64,000 bases of DNA from Candidatus Krumholzibacteriia bacterium (GTDB taxonomy: Bacteria; Krumholzibacteriota; Krumholzibacteriia; LZORAL124-64-63), in assembly GCA_050174015.1 (NCBI GenBank), contig JBFXKG010000002.1, positions 64,001-128,000 on the forward strand, read 5' to 3'. This document shows positions 1 through 8,667 of the stretch, piece after piece. The translations under genes and the position numbers were made by a program. The number at the start of each line of letters is the position of its first letter. Position 1 is the first letter of the stretch. The notes below the pieces were generated by a model. That model was not told where the DNA came from and made no database searches. It saw only the letters and a list, made by a program, of their open reading frames with translations.

Positions 1-30
1 GCTGGAATAATTGACCGAGAGAGCCAAAAC

Positions 31-46
31 CCCCGTCCGGACGGGG
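31..46. terminator. Perfect 16-bp palindrome, likely terminator of an upstream gene
   Basis: CCCCGTCCGGACGGGG flanked by AAAAC/ATTT; outer arms TGACCGA (12-18) and TCGGTCA (50-56); a TAA lies at 8-10. Confidence 0.5.
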
Positions 47-107
47 ATTTCGGTCACAAAACTGTGAAGATCCTGGTAGACGTCTCCCGGATGGATGTCC
101 CCGATTC

Positions 108-1214
108 ATGACGGACGGCCGAAATTCCCTCGACCTGGCCTCCAGGCAAGGCCTGACGCCGGCCGAGGCCTCGCTCCACAACAATTTCGTGGTCTCAGTC
201 AAGGCACTGCGGAAGGATCTGGTGCGGACCGTATACTACCTGCTGCAGATCAAGGAACGTCGGGTCTACCGGAAACTCGGGTTCCCGACCATGGCCGCAT
301 ACGGGAAAGCCGCCGCCGGCCTGACCGAGCGGCAGGTCGCGGACTTCCTCGCCCTGGCCCGCCGGTTGCCACGATTTCCCGAGGTGGAAGGGGCCCTCAC
401 GGAGGGCCGCTTGTCCTGGACCCAGGCCCAGTTGATCACCACGCGAGCGGATCCAGCGGATCAGAGCGCATGGATCGATGCCGCCCAGGACTTGACGACC
501 CGGCAACTTCGCAGAATGCCGGCGCTTTCTGAGAAAGCGCCGGCTGCCCCTGAATCGGCCCCCGCCGAGGCGGCCGATCCTGGCAGTCCTCCCGTGCCCT
601 CACCGTCCGGGCCGCCCCGGAAGGCGGCCATCCCGACACCAAAGGCACCCCAGCGAAAGCCGCTCCACCCCTCGGATGCGAAGCATCACGTCACCCTGGT
701 TTTCACGGGTGAGGAGTACGCCGAGTTCTGCCGGCTGGTCGAATCCGGACAAGCAGCAGGTGCGAACACGCGCGAATCGCTCATCCTCGATGCTATGCGC
801 GGAACGGCCCCGCCTTCGGGCGGGGCCACGCCACAGCGCTATGCCCTGATCCTCCTCCAATGTACCGCCTGCGGCGCTGCCGCATTGCCCACGCCCCGCG
901 GCGAGATGGCGGCTTCGCCGCCGCTCCTGGCGACCGCACGCTGCGACGCCGTCGTGGAGGATCAGGACGGCCGCCGCCGGTCGGTCATTCCGCCCCGCGT
1001 CCGCCGGACGGTCCTGCGACGCGCCCGCTACGCGTGCGAGCATCCCGGTTGTTCCAACACCGGCTTTCTCGAAATCCATCACCGCGTCCCGAGCGCTCAG
1101 GGCGGCACGGACGATCCGGCGAACCTGATCGCCCTGTGCGCCCGTTGCCACCGCCGGCTGCACGAGGATGAATGGGCCGCGAGGGCGGCCCTGCGGAAAG
1201 ATCCTGCGCCCTGA
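108..1214 (+). CDS. HNH endonuclease with DUF222-like N-terminal region
   Basis: C-terminal RRARYACEHPGC...LEIHHRVP...GGTDDPANLIALCARCHRRLH is an HNH/Zn motif. The N-terminal helical region (ALARRLPRFPEVEGALTEGRLSWTQA) resembles DUF222-type proteins; Pro/Ala-rich linker between them. Confidence 0.8.
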   Translation: MTDGRNSLDLASRQGLTPAEASLHNNFVVSVKALRKDLVRTVYYLLQIKERRVYRKLGFPTMAAYGKAAAGLTERQVADFLALARRLPRFPEVEGALTEGRLSWTQAQLITTRADPADQSAWIDAAQDLTTRQLRRMPALSEKAPAAPESAPAEAADPGSPPVPSPSGPPRKAAIPTPKAPQRKPLHPSDAKHHVTLVFTGEEYAEFCRLVESGQAAGANTRESLILDAMRGTAPPSGGATPQRYALILLQCTACGAAALPTPRGEMAASPPLLATARCDAVVEDQDGRRRSVIPPRVRRTVLRRARYACEHPGCSNTGFLEIHHRVPSAQGGTDDPANLIALCARCHRRLHEDEWAARAALRKDPAP

Positions 1215-1225
1215 GGTCGCCGGGA

Positions 1226-1234
1226 TGGTATAAT
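1226..1234 (+). promoter_or_regulatory. Extended -10 promoter element (TGnTATAAT)
   Basis: TGGTATAAT about 47 nt upstream of ATG 1281, which has a GAGG RBS. Confidence 0.55.
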
Positions 1235-1280
1235 CATGGTCTGGTATCGTGGCCGCTATTCCAATTCCCGTGAGGTTATT

Positions 1281-1850
1281 ATGCGTACATTGGTGTTATT
1301 GATCACTTTGTTTTCCAGCGCATCTTTCGCCCAGATCGATCCCGGCGTCGATGGGATGGGCGTCTATTTCGACGAGAATGCCACAATCGTTTCCACGGTT
1401 TCCGACGGTGTCACCTGGGTAACCGGATATCTGATCCTAACCCATCCCTCAGAGCAAGGGGAGCTTAAGTATTTCACCGTTACCGTTGAGACATATGAAG
1501 ACCAGCTTGCCGCTTTCACGGGCTGGCCGCGTTTCGGCATCAACCAGTACACTCCCATGCCAGGTGCCAATTTCTTTGTTTTTTCAGTAGTTGCTGGCGA
1601 TGGAGAGCCTTTTTTCTTGTCGAACATCTCTGTATTGGCAGATATCGCAGTGCTTCCATTTTTCAATAGGAGGGAGATTAGATTGTACTTGGCCAACCCC
1701 AAGTATTCCATGGTCGGTCAAGATGGTCCCTTTATCACATGCGCCCAGTCTTCGGGAAGCCCTGACCTTCCGGTTGCCGTTATCGACGGCCCGGCGCCAG
1801 TGGGGGGATCTGAGATGACTTGGGGGTCGTTGAAATCCCTGTTCCATTGA
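1281..1850 (+). CDS. Secreted protein (189 aa) with C-terminal 'WGxLKxLF' tail
   Basis: Signal peptide MRTLVLLITLFSSASFA-Q; ends VGGSEMTWGSLKSLFH; visibly more AT-rich than its neighbours. Confidence 0.8.
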   Translation: MRTLVLLITLFSSASFAQIDPGVDGMGVYFDENATIVSTVSDGVTWVTGYLILTHPSEQGELKYFTVTVETYEDQLAAFTGWPRFGINQYTPMPGANFFVFSVVAGDGEPFFLSNISVLADIAVLPFFNRREIRLYLANPKYSMVGQDGPFITCAQSSGSPDLPVAVIDGPAPVGGSEMTWGSLKSLFH

Positions 1851-1866
1851 TTGCCCCAAGTCATCA

Positions 1867-2040
1867 TCAGGTCGACTTTTCAGGACCCTCCTCAGCGGCG
1901 AGGTCGTCCCCCAGGGCCGGCACGAGGCCATGTGGGACGGCCGGGACGAGAACGGCCGGCAAGCTGCCAGCGGGACGTACTTCTTCCGGCTTGAGGCTGG
2001 AGGGCAGGTGGAGACGAAGCGGGCGGTTCTCGTCAAATAA
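1867..2040 (+). pseudogene. Orphan fragment of a FlgD-Ig/T9SS-like C-terminal domain
   Basis: Frame +1 reads SGRLFRTLLSGEVVPQGRHEAMWDGRDENGRQAASGTYFFRLEAGGQVETKRAVLVK* (TAA 2038-2040), similar to the CTDs of 13934-15313 and 25993-28266. In-frame TGA at 1831-1833 and no credible start. Not listed in the ORF track. Confidence 0.75.
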
Positions 2041-2105
2041 TGTCTGCCCCGACGGTGTCTCTGGAAATGATTGGACCAATGTCTAATTAATTGTCTGAAA
2101 GACGA

Positions 2106-2131
2106 AAAACTGCCTCCCGGGAGGCAGTTTT
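2106..2131. terminator. Bidirectional intrinsic terminator
   Basis: Perfect 26-bp palindrome AAAACTGCCTCCCGGGAGGCAGTTTT between convergent genes. Confidence 0.75.
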
Positions 2132-2163
2132 CTTCCCGAATTCGTGATCATCATTCTGCGATC

Positions 2164-5100
2164 TCAACCCACCAGCTTCCGGAATTCCTTCAGCCGGTAC
2201 TCCGCCTTCTTCGCAGCCTGCCGCAGCAGCGACCGCGCATCCAGCAGGGGCACCACATCGGCGGGCGCCTCGCCCGCCAGGGCCGCCACGCCCACGATCA
2301 GCAGCCAATCGTCCAGGTTCTCGGCGCTGAACCAGGTCACCCCCGCGTGCTCGTTGATGCCCAGGAAGCTGCCCGCCTCGGGGCGTTCGACGACAGAGGT
2401 CATCCACGAGGTCTTGCCCGCAGCCATGCCCACGGCGGCCTCGGGTGAGGCTGCAAGCAGCCTCGCAGCCCAGCCGGCCATGCGGGCGGCATGATCGTGG
2501 CCCAGCCACTCGCGCAGTGCGGCGTCCATGTCTTCGCCGACGAGGCTTCTGGCCTCGTCGGCCAATCCGTGCTCCGGGCTCACGGCCTCTGCCAGAACAC
2601 CCGCGAGGTACACGACCTGCAGCGCCCGGCTGTGAGGTATGGCCTCGCGCAGCGCGGCCAGTTCTTTCTGACTGCCCTTGCCCAGCTTCTCGGGGATCGG
2701 TTGCTCCATCACGCGGCGCAGCCGCAGCGCCAGCTCGCGCAATGACGCAGGGAGCACGCCGAGGACGGAGTCCTCGGCATCATCGGACTTGCCGCCACTG
2801 GTGCCATCGTCTGCAGAATCGGCCTTCGCCGGCTTCACCCCGGAAGGCCGCCCGTCGGCTTCGCCAACGGCCGGCAACGGCTTCACCCCGGAAGGCCGCC
2901 CGTCGGCTTCGCCTCCGGCGGCCACCGCCCGGCACTCGATCCACGCCAGCACCTCCGGCGCCATCCACCGGCGCACCTCCGCCAGCTGCGGTTCCAACGC
3001 ACGCCGCAGCCGCGCCCGCTGCAGATCCGGCGCCCCGCCGCCCTGCAAGCTCGCAGCCAAGCCCGCCCACTCCCCATCGCCGCCTTCCAGACGGCGAATC
3101 CCCAGGAACGCCCGGTACTGGTATCCATGCAGCGTGGTGTGCAGGCCGTGCTCGCACAGATCGCGGCCGGTGCGCAGGTACTGAAGGCCGTCGGCGTGGT
3201 CGAACAGCGCGTACCACACGCCCGGCGAGCAATCCAGCGCGAGGGCTTCGGCGATCGACACCTGGCGCAGGGAGGGGTCGTCCGCCGACCCGCGGTTGAT
3301 CGCGGACGAGAGACGGATGCGCCCGCTGGTCGATTCGTACGCGTTGTTGTAGATGATCAGGACGCGCTGATCGCCCTGGCCGTTGGCGTAGGCGAAGACG
3401 TTCTCGTCCACCCAGCCCTGGTCGTGCTCGAAGTCGAACAGCGCGAAGTTCTCCGCGCCGCTGAACAGGTGGCGGCGGCGCATGAGGGGGAAGATCTCGC
3501 GCTCGTGGCGGCGCACCATGTCCTGGTCGATCTGCTCGTCCCAGTACGCCTTGCGGTACTCCATGCCGTACTTCTCGGTGAAGCCCTCGATCTGGCCGTG
3601 GCCGATCATGGGCAGGCCGGGCAGGGTCACCATCAGCACCATGCAGCCGAAGTACTTGTCGCCGCGGCCGAACTGCTCGACGGCGGTGCGCTCGTCCGGG
3701 TTGTTCATGAAGTTCACGAAGCGCTGCAGGATGCCGGGACTGAACTCCAGCACGTTCTTCAGCGTCTGCCGGTACTTCTGGTTGTCCTCCATCTTGAGCA
3801 TGTTCATGAACGCCGAGTTGTACACGCGGTGCATGCCCAGGGTGCGGACGAAGTAGCCCTCCATCAGCCAGAACGCCTCGGCCAGCAGCAGGGTGTCGGG
3901 CGCCTCGGCGGCCACGCGGTCGACCACCTCGCGCCAGAACTCGACGGGGAAGGCGCGGTCGAACTCCTCGCGGGTCATGCCGTGTTCGGCGCGCGAGGGG
4001 ATGGCCCCGGCGTCCCCGGGCAGCGGGAACCACAGGCGCTGGTAGTGCTTCTTCGCGAGGGTCATGGCCGCGTCGAAGCGGATGATGGGGAAGCGCCGCG
4101 CCACGTCCAGGATCACGCGCGTGACGGCCTCGCGCACCTCCGGCAGCAGGAAGTTCAGCTGCGCGGTGTCGTTCCAGGGCATGCTCGTGCCGTCGTTGCC
4201 GTGGTAGATGTAGCGCGCATGGCCGGTGCGCTCGTCGACGCGCTGGAACACCACCGCGGCGTCGCGGTGGCTCCAGTAGCCGTCCTCGATGCGCACGCCC
4301 ACCCCGGGCGTGTGGCTCAGGTTCTCGCAGGTGAACTTGTAGCCGGGGTAGGGGGGATGCTCCAGCTGCAGGAAGTACTCGGGATGTTCGTCCACCCAGC
4401 GGCTGTCGATGCCCATGTGGTTGGGCACCATGTCCGAGGCCAGCTTGATGCCCCGGCGGCCGGCGCGCTCGCTCAGGTTGCGCCAGGCGTCCTCGCCGCC
4501 CAGGTCCCAGGCGATGGCGTATTCCTTCAGGGAATAGGCGCTGGCCGCGGCCTCGGGATTGCCCATCCACTGCTTGATCGTGCGCGAGGCGGTCGAGCGC
4601 TCCCACAGGCCGATCAGCCACAGGCCGTTGACGCCCCAGCGCGCCAGGCGGTCCAGTTCCTCGTCGGGGATGTCGGCCAGGGTGCGGATGGGCCGCCCGT
4701 ACCAGCGCGACAGCTGGTCCAGCCACACGTACACCGACTTGGCCATGAGCACGACGTTGGCCATCCAGTCGGCGTCGCGGCTGAAGGCTTCGGGTTCGGG
4801 GTACTCGCCCAGCCAGCCGGGGGTGCCGGGGCCGAATTCCAGCACCGGCGGCGGCCCGTAGGCGGCCAGACGGTGGGCGTCGATCTCCTTCAGGACGTCC
4901 AGGGCGAACTGCAGGCTTCGCACCAGCTCGTCTGGCAAGAGGTGGGACCAGTGGTCGCGTATGTACGCGATCTGGCCCGACAGCGAATCCGGACTCGCCA
5001 GCATCGGCGCCCTCAAAAGATGGAACAACGACGTGCCCAGGCTGCCGTGCGGTTCGAATTCCTCCAGATACTCCTCGAGTCCGGTCACGAAAGGCAGGAA

Positions 5101-5664
5101 TGAGGCCCGGCGCCGCAGCTCCCCGTCGTGGAACAGGTGCTCGGCGGGCCGCGCGGCGGGGTTGGTCACGTTCATGAACAGCAGGATCATCTCGAGGGAG
5201 GCCAGATCGGGCCCGCTCATCTCGTCGTTGCCGGTGGCGAGGAACTCGGCAGGCTTCTTCCCACCGGGCTTGACCGCAACCGGGGGAAACAACCCCACGA
5301 AGGTCGAGAACAGGTTCTCGACCGCATCGGCGCCCAGCCGCTGCTCGGCCCACTGGCGGCAACGCATCAGCCCGCCGGGATTGTCGCTAGTGAAGTACTG
5401 GCGGGTGACCCAGCGCAGGGCCTGGTTCACCGTGCGCAGGGCCAGCAGGATCTCGGCCTGGGTCGCGGGGATCTCGCCGGCCTTGCAGGCGGGGTCCTTG
5501 TGCACCGCGTCGGCCAGCTTGCGGATCTCATAGGACAGGTCGCCGAAGGCTCCGGAGGCGCCGCCCGGCAAAAGGGTCTCCACACCGAACCGGTCCCAGG
5601 AGGCTCCCGACAGGGGGAACCCGAAGACGAAGTAGCGTCCCGACAGCGGAATGGGGTCGTTCAT
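2164..5664 (-). CDS. Alpha-amylase family (GH13) glycoside hydrolase, 1166 aa
   Basis: GH13 conserved regions DMVPNH, IRFDAA (nucleophile), LLAEAFW (acid/base), FMNNPDE. Confidence 0.85.
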   Translation of the reverse strand: MNDPIPLSGRYFVFGFPLSGASWDRFGVETLLPGGASGAFGDLSYEIRKLADAVHKDPACKAGEIPATQAEILLALRTVNQALRWVTRQYFTSDNPGGLMRCRQWAEQRLGADAVENLFSTFVGLFPPVAVKPGGKKPAEFLATGNDEMSGPDLASLEMILLFMNVTNPAARPAEHLFHDGELRRRASFLPFVTGLEEYLEEFEPHGSLGTSLFHLLRAPMLASPDSLSGQIAYIRDHWSHLLPDELVRSLQFALDVLKEIDAHRLAAYGPPPVLEFGPGTPGWLGEYPEPEAFSRDADWMANVVLMAKSVYVWLDQLSRWYGRPIRTLADIPDEELDRLARWGVNGLWLIGLWERSTASRTIKQWMGNPEAAASAYSLKEYAIAWDLGGEDAWRNLSERAGRRGIKLASDMVPNHMGIDSRWVDEHPEYFLQLEHPPYPGYKFTCENLSHTPGVGVRIEDGYWSHRDAAVVFQRVDERTGHARYIYHGNDGTSMPWNDTAQLNFLLPEVREAVTRVILDVARRFPIIRFDAAMTLAKKHYQRLWFPLPGDAGAIPSRAEHGMTREEFDRAFPVEFWREVVDRVAAEAPDTLLLAEAFWLMEGYFVRTLGMHRVYNSAFMNMLKMEDNQKYRQTLKNVLEFSPGILQRFVNFMNNPDERTAVEQFGRGDKYFGCMVLMVTLPGLPMIGHGQIEGFTEKYGMEYRKAYWDEQIDQDMVRRHEREIFPLMRRRHLFSGAENFALFDFEHDQGWVDENVFAYANGQGDQRVLIIYNNAYESTSGRIRLSSAINRGSADDPSLRQVSIAEALALDCSPGVWYALFDHADGLQYLRTGRDLCEHGLHTTLHGYQYRAFLGIRRLEGGDGEWAGLAASLQGGGAPDLQRARLRRALEPQLAEVRRWMAPEVLAWIECRAVAAGGEADGRPSGVKPLPAVGEADGRPSGVKPAKADSADDGTSGGKSDDAEDSVLGVLPASLRELALRLRRVMEQPIPEKLGKGSQKELAALREAIPHSRALQVVYLAGVLAEAVSPEHGLADEARSLVGEDMDAALREWLGHDHAARMAGWAARLLAASPEAAVGMAAGKTSWMTSVVERPEAGSFLGINEHAGVTWFSAENLDDWLLIVGVAALAGEAPADVVPLLDARSLLRQAAKKAEYRLKEFRKLVG
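2830..2913. repeat. 36-bp exact direct repeat (48-bp period) inside the GH13 gene
   Basis: CGGCTTCACCCCGGAAGGCCGCCCGTCGGCTTCGCC at 2830-2865 and 2878-2913; encodes GEADGRPSGVKP twice. Confidence 0.9.
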
Positions 5665-5765
5665 GGGGAGGTCCTGTCCTTTCCGACTTGCTTGGCATCC
5701 AGGGCAGCCCCCATTATGGTGTCGGATTCATAAATGACAAGTTCACTCTTTGCAAGGAGCCCGCC

Positions 5766-7562
5766 TTGAAGAAGATGATCCGAGTCGGCAACGCCGGCGG
5801 ATACTGGGGAGACGACATGGATGCCCTGCGCCGCCAGCTCACCGGCGGCAAGCTCGATTACGTCACGATGGACTTCCTGGCCGAGATCACCATGTCCATC
5901 CTGCGCAAGCAGCAGCTCAGCAATCCCGAGCTGGGATACGCCAAGGACTTCCTGACCCAGCTGGAGACCTGCCTGCCCCTGATCGCCGAGAAGAAGGTCC
6001 GGGTCATCAACAACGCCGGGGGCATGAATCCCATCGGGCTGGGCCGGCAGATCCGCGCCCTGGCCCGCCGCCTGGGCCTCGACATCAAGGTCGGCGTGGT
6101 CTACGGCGACGACATCTCGACCCGCCTGTACGAGCTGACCGCCGACGGCGAGAAGTTCACCAACATGGAGACGGGCGAGGATTTCACCACCGTGCGCAGC
6201 CGCATCACCTCGGCCAACGTCTACCTGGGCGCCGAGCCGGTGGTGGCCGCCCTGGACGAGGGGTGCGACATCGTGGTCACCGGGCGGGTCACCGACACCG
6301 GCCTGACCCTGGCGCCCATGATCCACGAGTTCGGCTGGGCCATGGACGACTGGGACCGCATGGCTGCCGGCATCGTGGCCGGACACATCATCGAATGCGG
6401 GGCCCAGGGCAGCGGGGGCAACATCACCGACTGGCACGAGGTCCCCTCGTTCCACAACATGGGCTACCCCATCATCGAGATGCACCGCAGCGGCGAGTTC
6501 TACGTCACCAAGCACAAGCGCACCGGCGGCCTCATCAACGAGAAGTCGGTCAAGGAGCAGCTCGTCTACGAGATGGGCGATCCCGGGCAGTACATCTCGC
6601 CCGACGGCGTGGCCTACTTCGACAGCATCACGGTGGAGGAGGCCGGCCGCGACCGCGTCAAGGTCAGCGGCGTGCGCGGCGGTCCCGCGCCCGAGATGTT
6701 CAAGGTCTCCATGGCCTTCCAGGACGGCTGGAAGGCCGAGGGCGAGATCCTCGTCAGCGGCCCCGAGGTGGAGAAGAAGGCGGAATGCGTCGAGGAGATC
6801 TTCTGGGAGAAGGTCGGGCACGAGTTCGAGGAGACGGCCACGGCCCTGACGGGCGCGGGCTCCATCTGGCCCGACCACCTGTCCACCTGCAGCACCAACG
6901 AGATCTACCTCAGGTTCGGCGTGCGGGACCACGATCTGCACAAGATCAACGACTTCAGCAAGACGGTGCCGGCGCTGATCCTCGCCGGCCCCTCGGGCAT
7001 GGCCGTCAGCACCCGCGGCCGGCCCCGGCCCCAGCAGGTCATGGCCTACTGGCCGGCCCTGATGCGCCGCGACCGGGTGTCGGCCAAGGTCCTGACCCTG
7101 GCCACCGACTGCAAGGAACACTTCCAGGAGATCCGGTTCCCGATCCGGGGCGAGGTCGGCGAGCCGGCCCGCAGCGGCGTCAAGGCATCCCGCCCGCAGC
7201 GGCGGACGTGGCCCGGGCGGACGGTCACCGTGCCCCTGCGCCGCATCTGCTACGCCCGCAGCGGCGACAAGGGGGACACCTGCAACATCGGCGTGCTGGC
7301 CCGGTCGGCGGCCGCCTACGAGTGGATCAAGGTCAAGCTCACCCCCGCGGTGGTGAAGAAGTTCTTCGGCGACAAGGTCAAGGGCGAGGTCACGCGCTAC
7401 GAGTTGGACAACCTGCAGGGCTTGAACTTCCTGCTTGCCGGGGCCCTCGGCGGCGGCGGCACCCGCAGCCTGCTGGTCGATCCCCAGGGCAAGACCATGA
7501 GCCAGGCCCTGCTGGAGATGCAGGTCAAGGTTCCGGTCGGTCTGCTGCGCGGATTGAAGTAG
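5766..7562 (+). CDS. AtuA/DUF1446 family protein with fused C-terminal domain
   Basis: IRVGNAGGYWGD, DFLAEITMSIL, ANVYLGA, TGRVTD, GHIIECGAQGSGGN, and C-terminal ARSGDKGD...DPQGKT. TTG start after AAGGAG (alternative ATG 5775). Confidence 0.85.
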   Translation: MKKMIRVGNAGGYWGDDMDALRRQLTGGKLDYVTMDFLAEITMSILRKQQLSNPELGYAKDFLTQLETCLPLIAEKKVRVINNAGGMNPIGLGRQIRALARRLGLDIKVGVVYGDDISTRLYELTADGEKFTNMETGEDFTTVRSRITSANVYLGAEPVVAALDEGCDIVVTGRVTDTGLTLAPMIHEFGWAMDDWDRMAAGIVAGHIIECGAQGSGGNITDWHEVPSFHNMGYPIIEMHRSGEFYVTKHKRTGGLINEKSVKEQLVYEMGDPGQYISPDGVAYFDSITVEEAGRDRVKVSGVRGGPAPEMFKVSMAFQDGWKAEGEILVSGPEVEKKAECVEEIFWEKVGHEFEETATALTGAGSIWPDHLSTCSTNEIYLRFGVRDHDLHKINDFSKTVPALILAGPSGMAVSTRGRPRPQQVMAYWPALMRRDRVSAKVLTLATDCKEHFQEIRFPIRGEVGEPARSGVKASRPQRRTWPGRTVTVPLRRICYARSGDKGDTCNIGVLARSAAAYEWIKVKLTPAVVKKFFGDKVKGEVTRYELDNLQGLNFLLAGALGGGGTRSLLVDPQGKTMSQALLEMQVKVPVGLLRGLK

Positions 7563-7607
7563 TCCGGAAGGCTTCCCGGTTTGCCACCTTTCCCGGAGCG
7601 TGATCCG

Positions 7608-7636
7608 GAAAATCCCCCGTCTGGTGGGGGATTTTC
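7608..7636. terminator. Intrinsic terminator
   Basis: GAAAATCCCCC-gtctggt-GGGGGATTTTC, 11-bp stem, downstream of the AtuA-like gene. Confidence 0.7.
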
Positions 7637-7820
7637 TATTTTCAAAAAACATGGGGTCTTATAAGAAAATTGACATTTTTTTGACCCGGAATTTTTACAA
7701 ATCGAACACCAATCGGTTAAGATCAACCCCTCAAGGGGGCCGATCCCCGGCGGCGCCATGCCGACCCCCGTACGCCGGCGTTCGGCGTCGCGGGACACGT
7801 ATCATTTCGGGAGGATCCAC

Positions 7821-8507
7821 ATGAACCGCATCATTTCCGCTCTCCTGCTCTGCCTCGTCGCCTTCGGCGCCCAGGCCGGGGTGATCAGCGACATCCAGAA
7901 CGGTCTGGTCGCCGAGAACACCAACGTGGACCTGTACAACGTGACCGTCGTGGCCACCCGCTACAACGGTTTCTTCGCCGCGGAGGCCCCCTTCGGCGCC
8001 ACCAACGGCATCTGGGTCTACACGGGTTCCGACACGGGCGCTCTGCCCGGCGACGTGGTCACCATCCAGGGCGGCCTGTATTACGAGTACTATGGCCTGA
8101 GCGAGGTCGAGGCCACCGCCACCGTCGGTGCGGTCGTGACCATCATGGGCCCCGGCGCCGTCCCGGCTCCCATCTACGTGGAAGCCGCCTCCCTGCTGGC
8201 CGATCCGGAACCCTGGGAGAGCTGCTACATCATGATCACCGACGGGATGCAGGTCACCGTGGCACCCAACTCCTACGGCGAGTGGTTCGCGGACGCCCTC
8301 GGGGGCGGCACCATCATGTTCGACGACTACTGGTACGACGACACCACGGTCATGGTCGGCGATTGCTACAATCATGCCGCGGGCCTGCTGAACTACAACT
8401 TCAACGCCTTCAAGCTGGAAGTCCTGGCTGACGGCATCGAGATCGTCGATTGCGCCGTGGACAGCGACGAGACCAGCTTCGGCGCCGTGAAGGCCTTGTT
8501 CCGCTAA
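7821..8507 (+). CDS. Secreted acidic protein (possible OB-fold) with C-terminal 'FGxVKxLFR' tail, 228 aa
   Basis: GGAGG RBS; signal peptide MNRIISALLLCLVAFGAQA. ISDIQ...GFFA...NGIWVYTG...GDVVTIQG...EYYGLSE resembles the OB-fold of extracellular nucleases. Ends VDSDETSFGAVKALFR. Confidence 0.8.
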   Translation: MNRIISALLLCLVAFGAQAGVISDIQNGLVAENTNVDLYNVTVVATRYNGFFAAEAPFGATNGIWVYTGSDTGALPGDVVTIQGGLYYEYYGLSEVEATATVGAVVTIMGPGAVPAPIYVEAASLLADPEPWESCYIMITDGMQVTVAPNSYGEWFADALGGGTIMFDDYWYDDTTVMVGDCYNHAAGLLNYNFNAFKLEVLADGIEIVDCAVDSDETSFGAVKALFR

Positions 8508-8532
8508 ATCGACGCTCCTTGCCTGCCCCATG

Positions 8533-8560
8533 GGCCCGGACTCCTGTCCGGGCCTTTTTT
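8533..8560 (+). terminator. Rho-independent terminator
   Basis: GGCCCGGAC-tcct-GTCCGGGCC followed by T6. Confidence 0.85.
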
Positions 8561-8667
8561 ATCAATAATCCCCACATCCCAGGGGTAATTATTGATTGAG
8601 ATCATGGCCCGGGAGACCGACAATCCCCGGGCAGAGGGAATTCACGGGAAAAGGGGGAGAGGACATC

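Noticed and set aside
108..1214. HNH protein as an IscB/Cas9-like RNA-guided nuclease
   Set aside because: No PLMP or RuvC motifs, and no recognisable adjacent ncRNA or array.
2830..2913. 36-bp direct repeat as a mini CRISPR array
   Set aside because: Only two units with a 12-bp spacer, in frame within a CDS, and no cas genes.
5731..5749. Possible third FadR box upstream of the AtuA-like gene (TAAATGACAAGTTCACTCT)
   Set aside because: Spacing is one base too long and both half-sites have mismatches; too weak to call.
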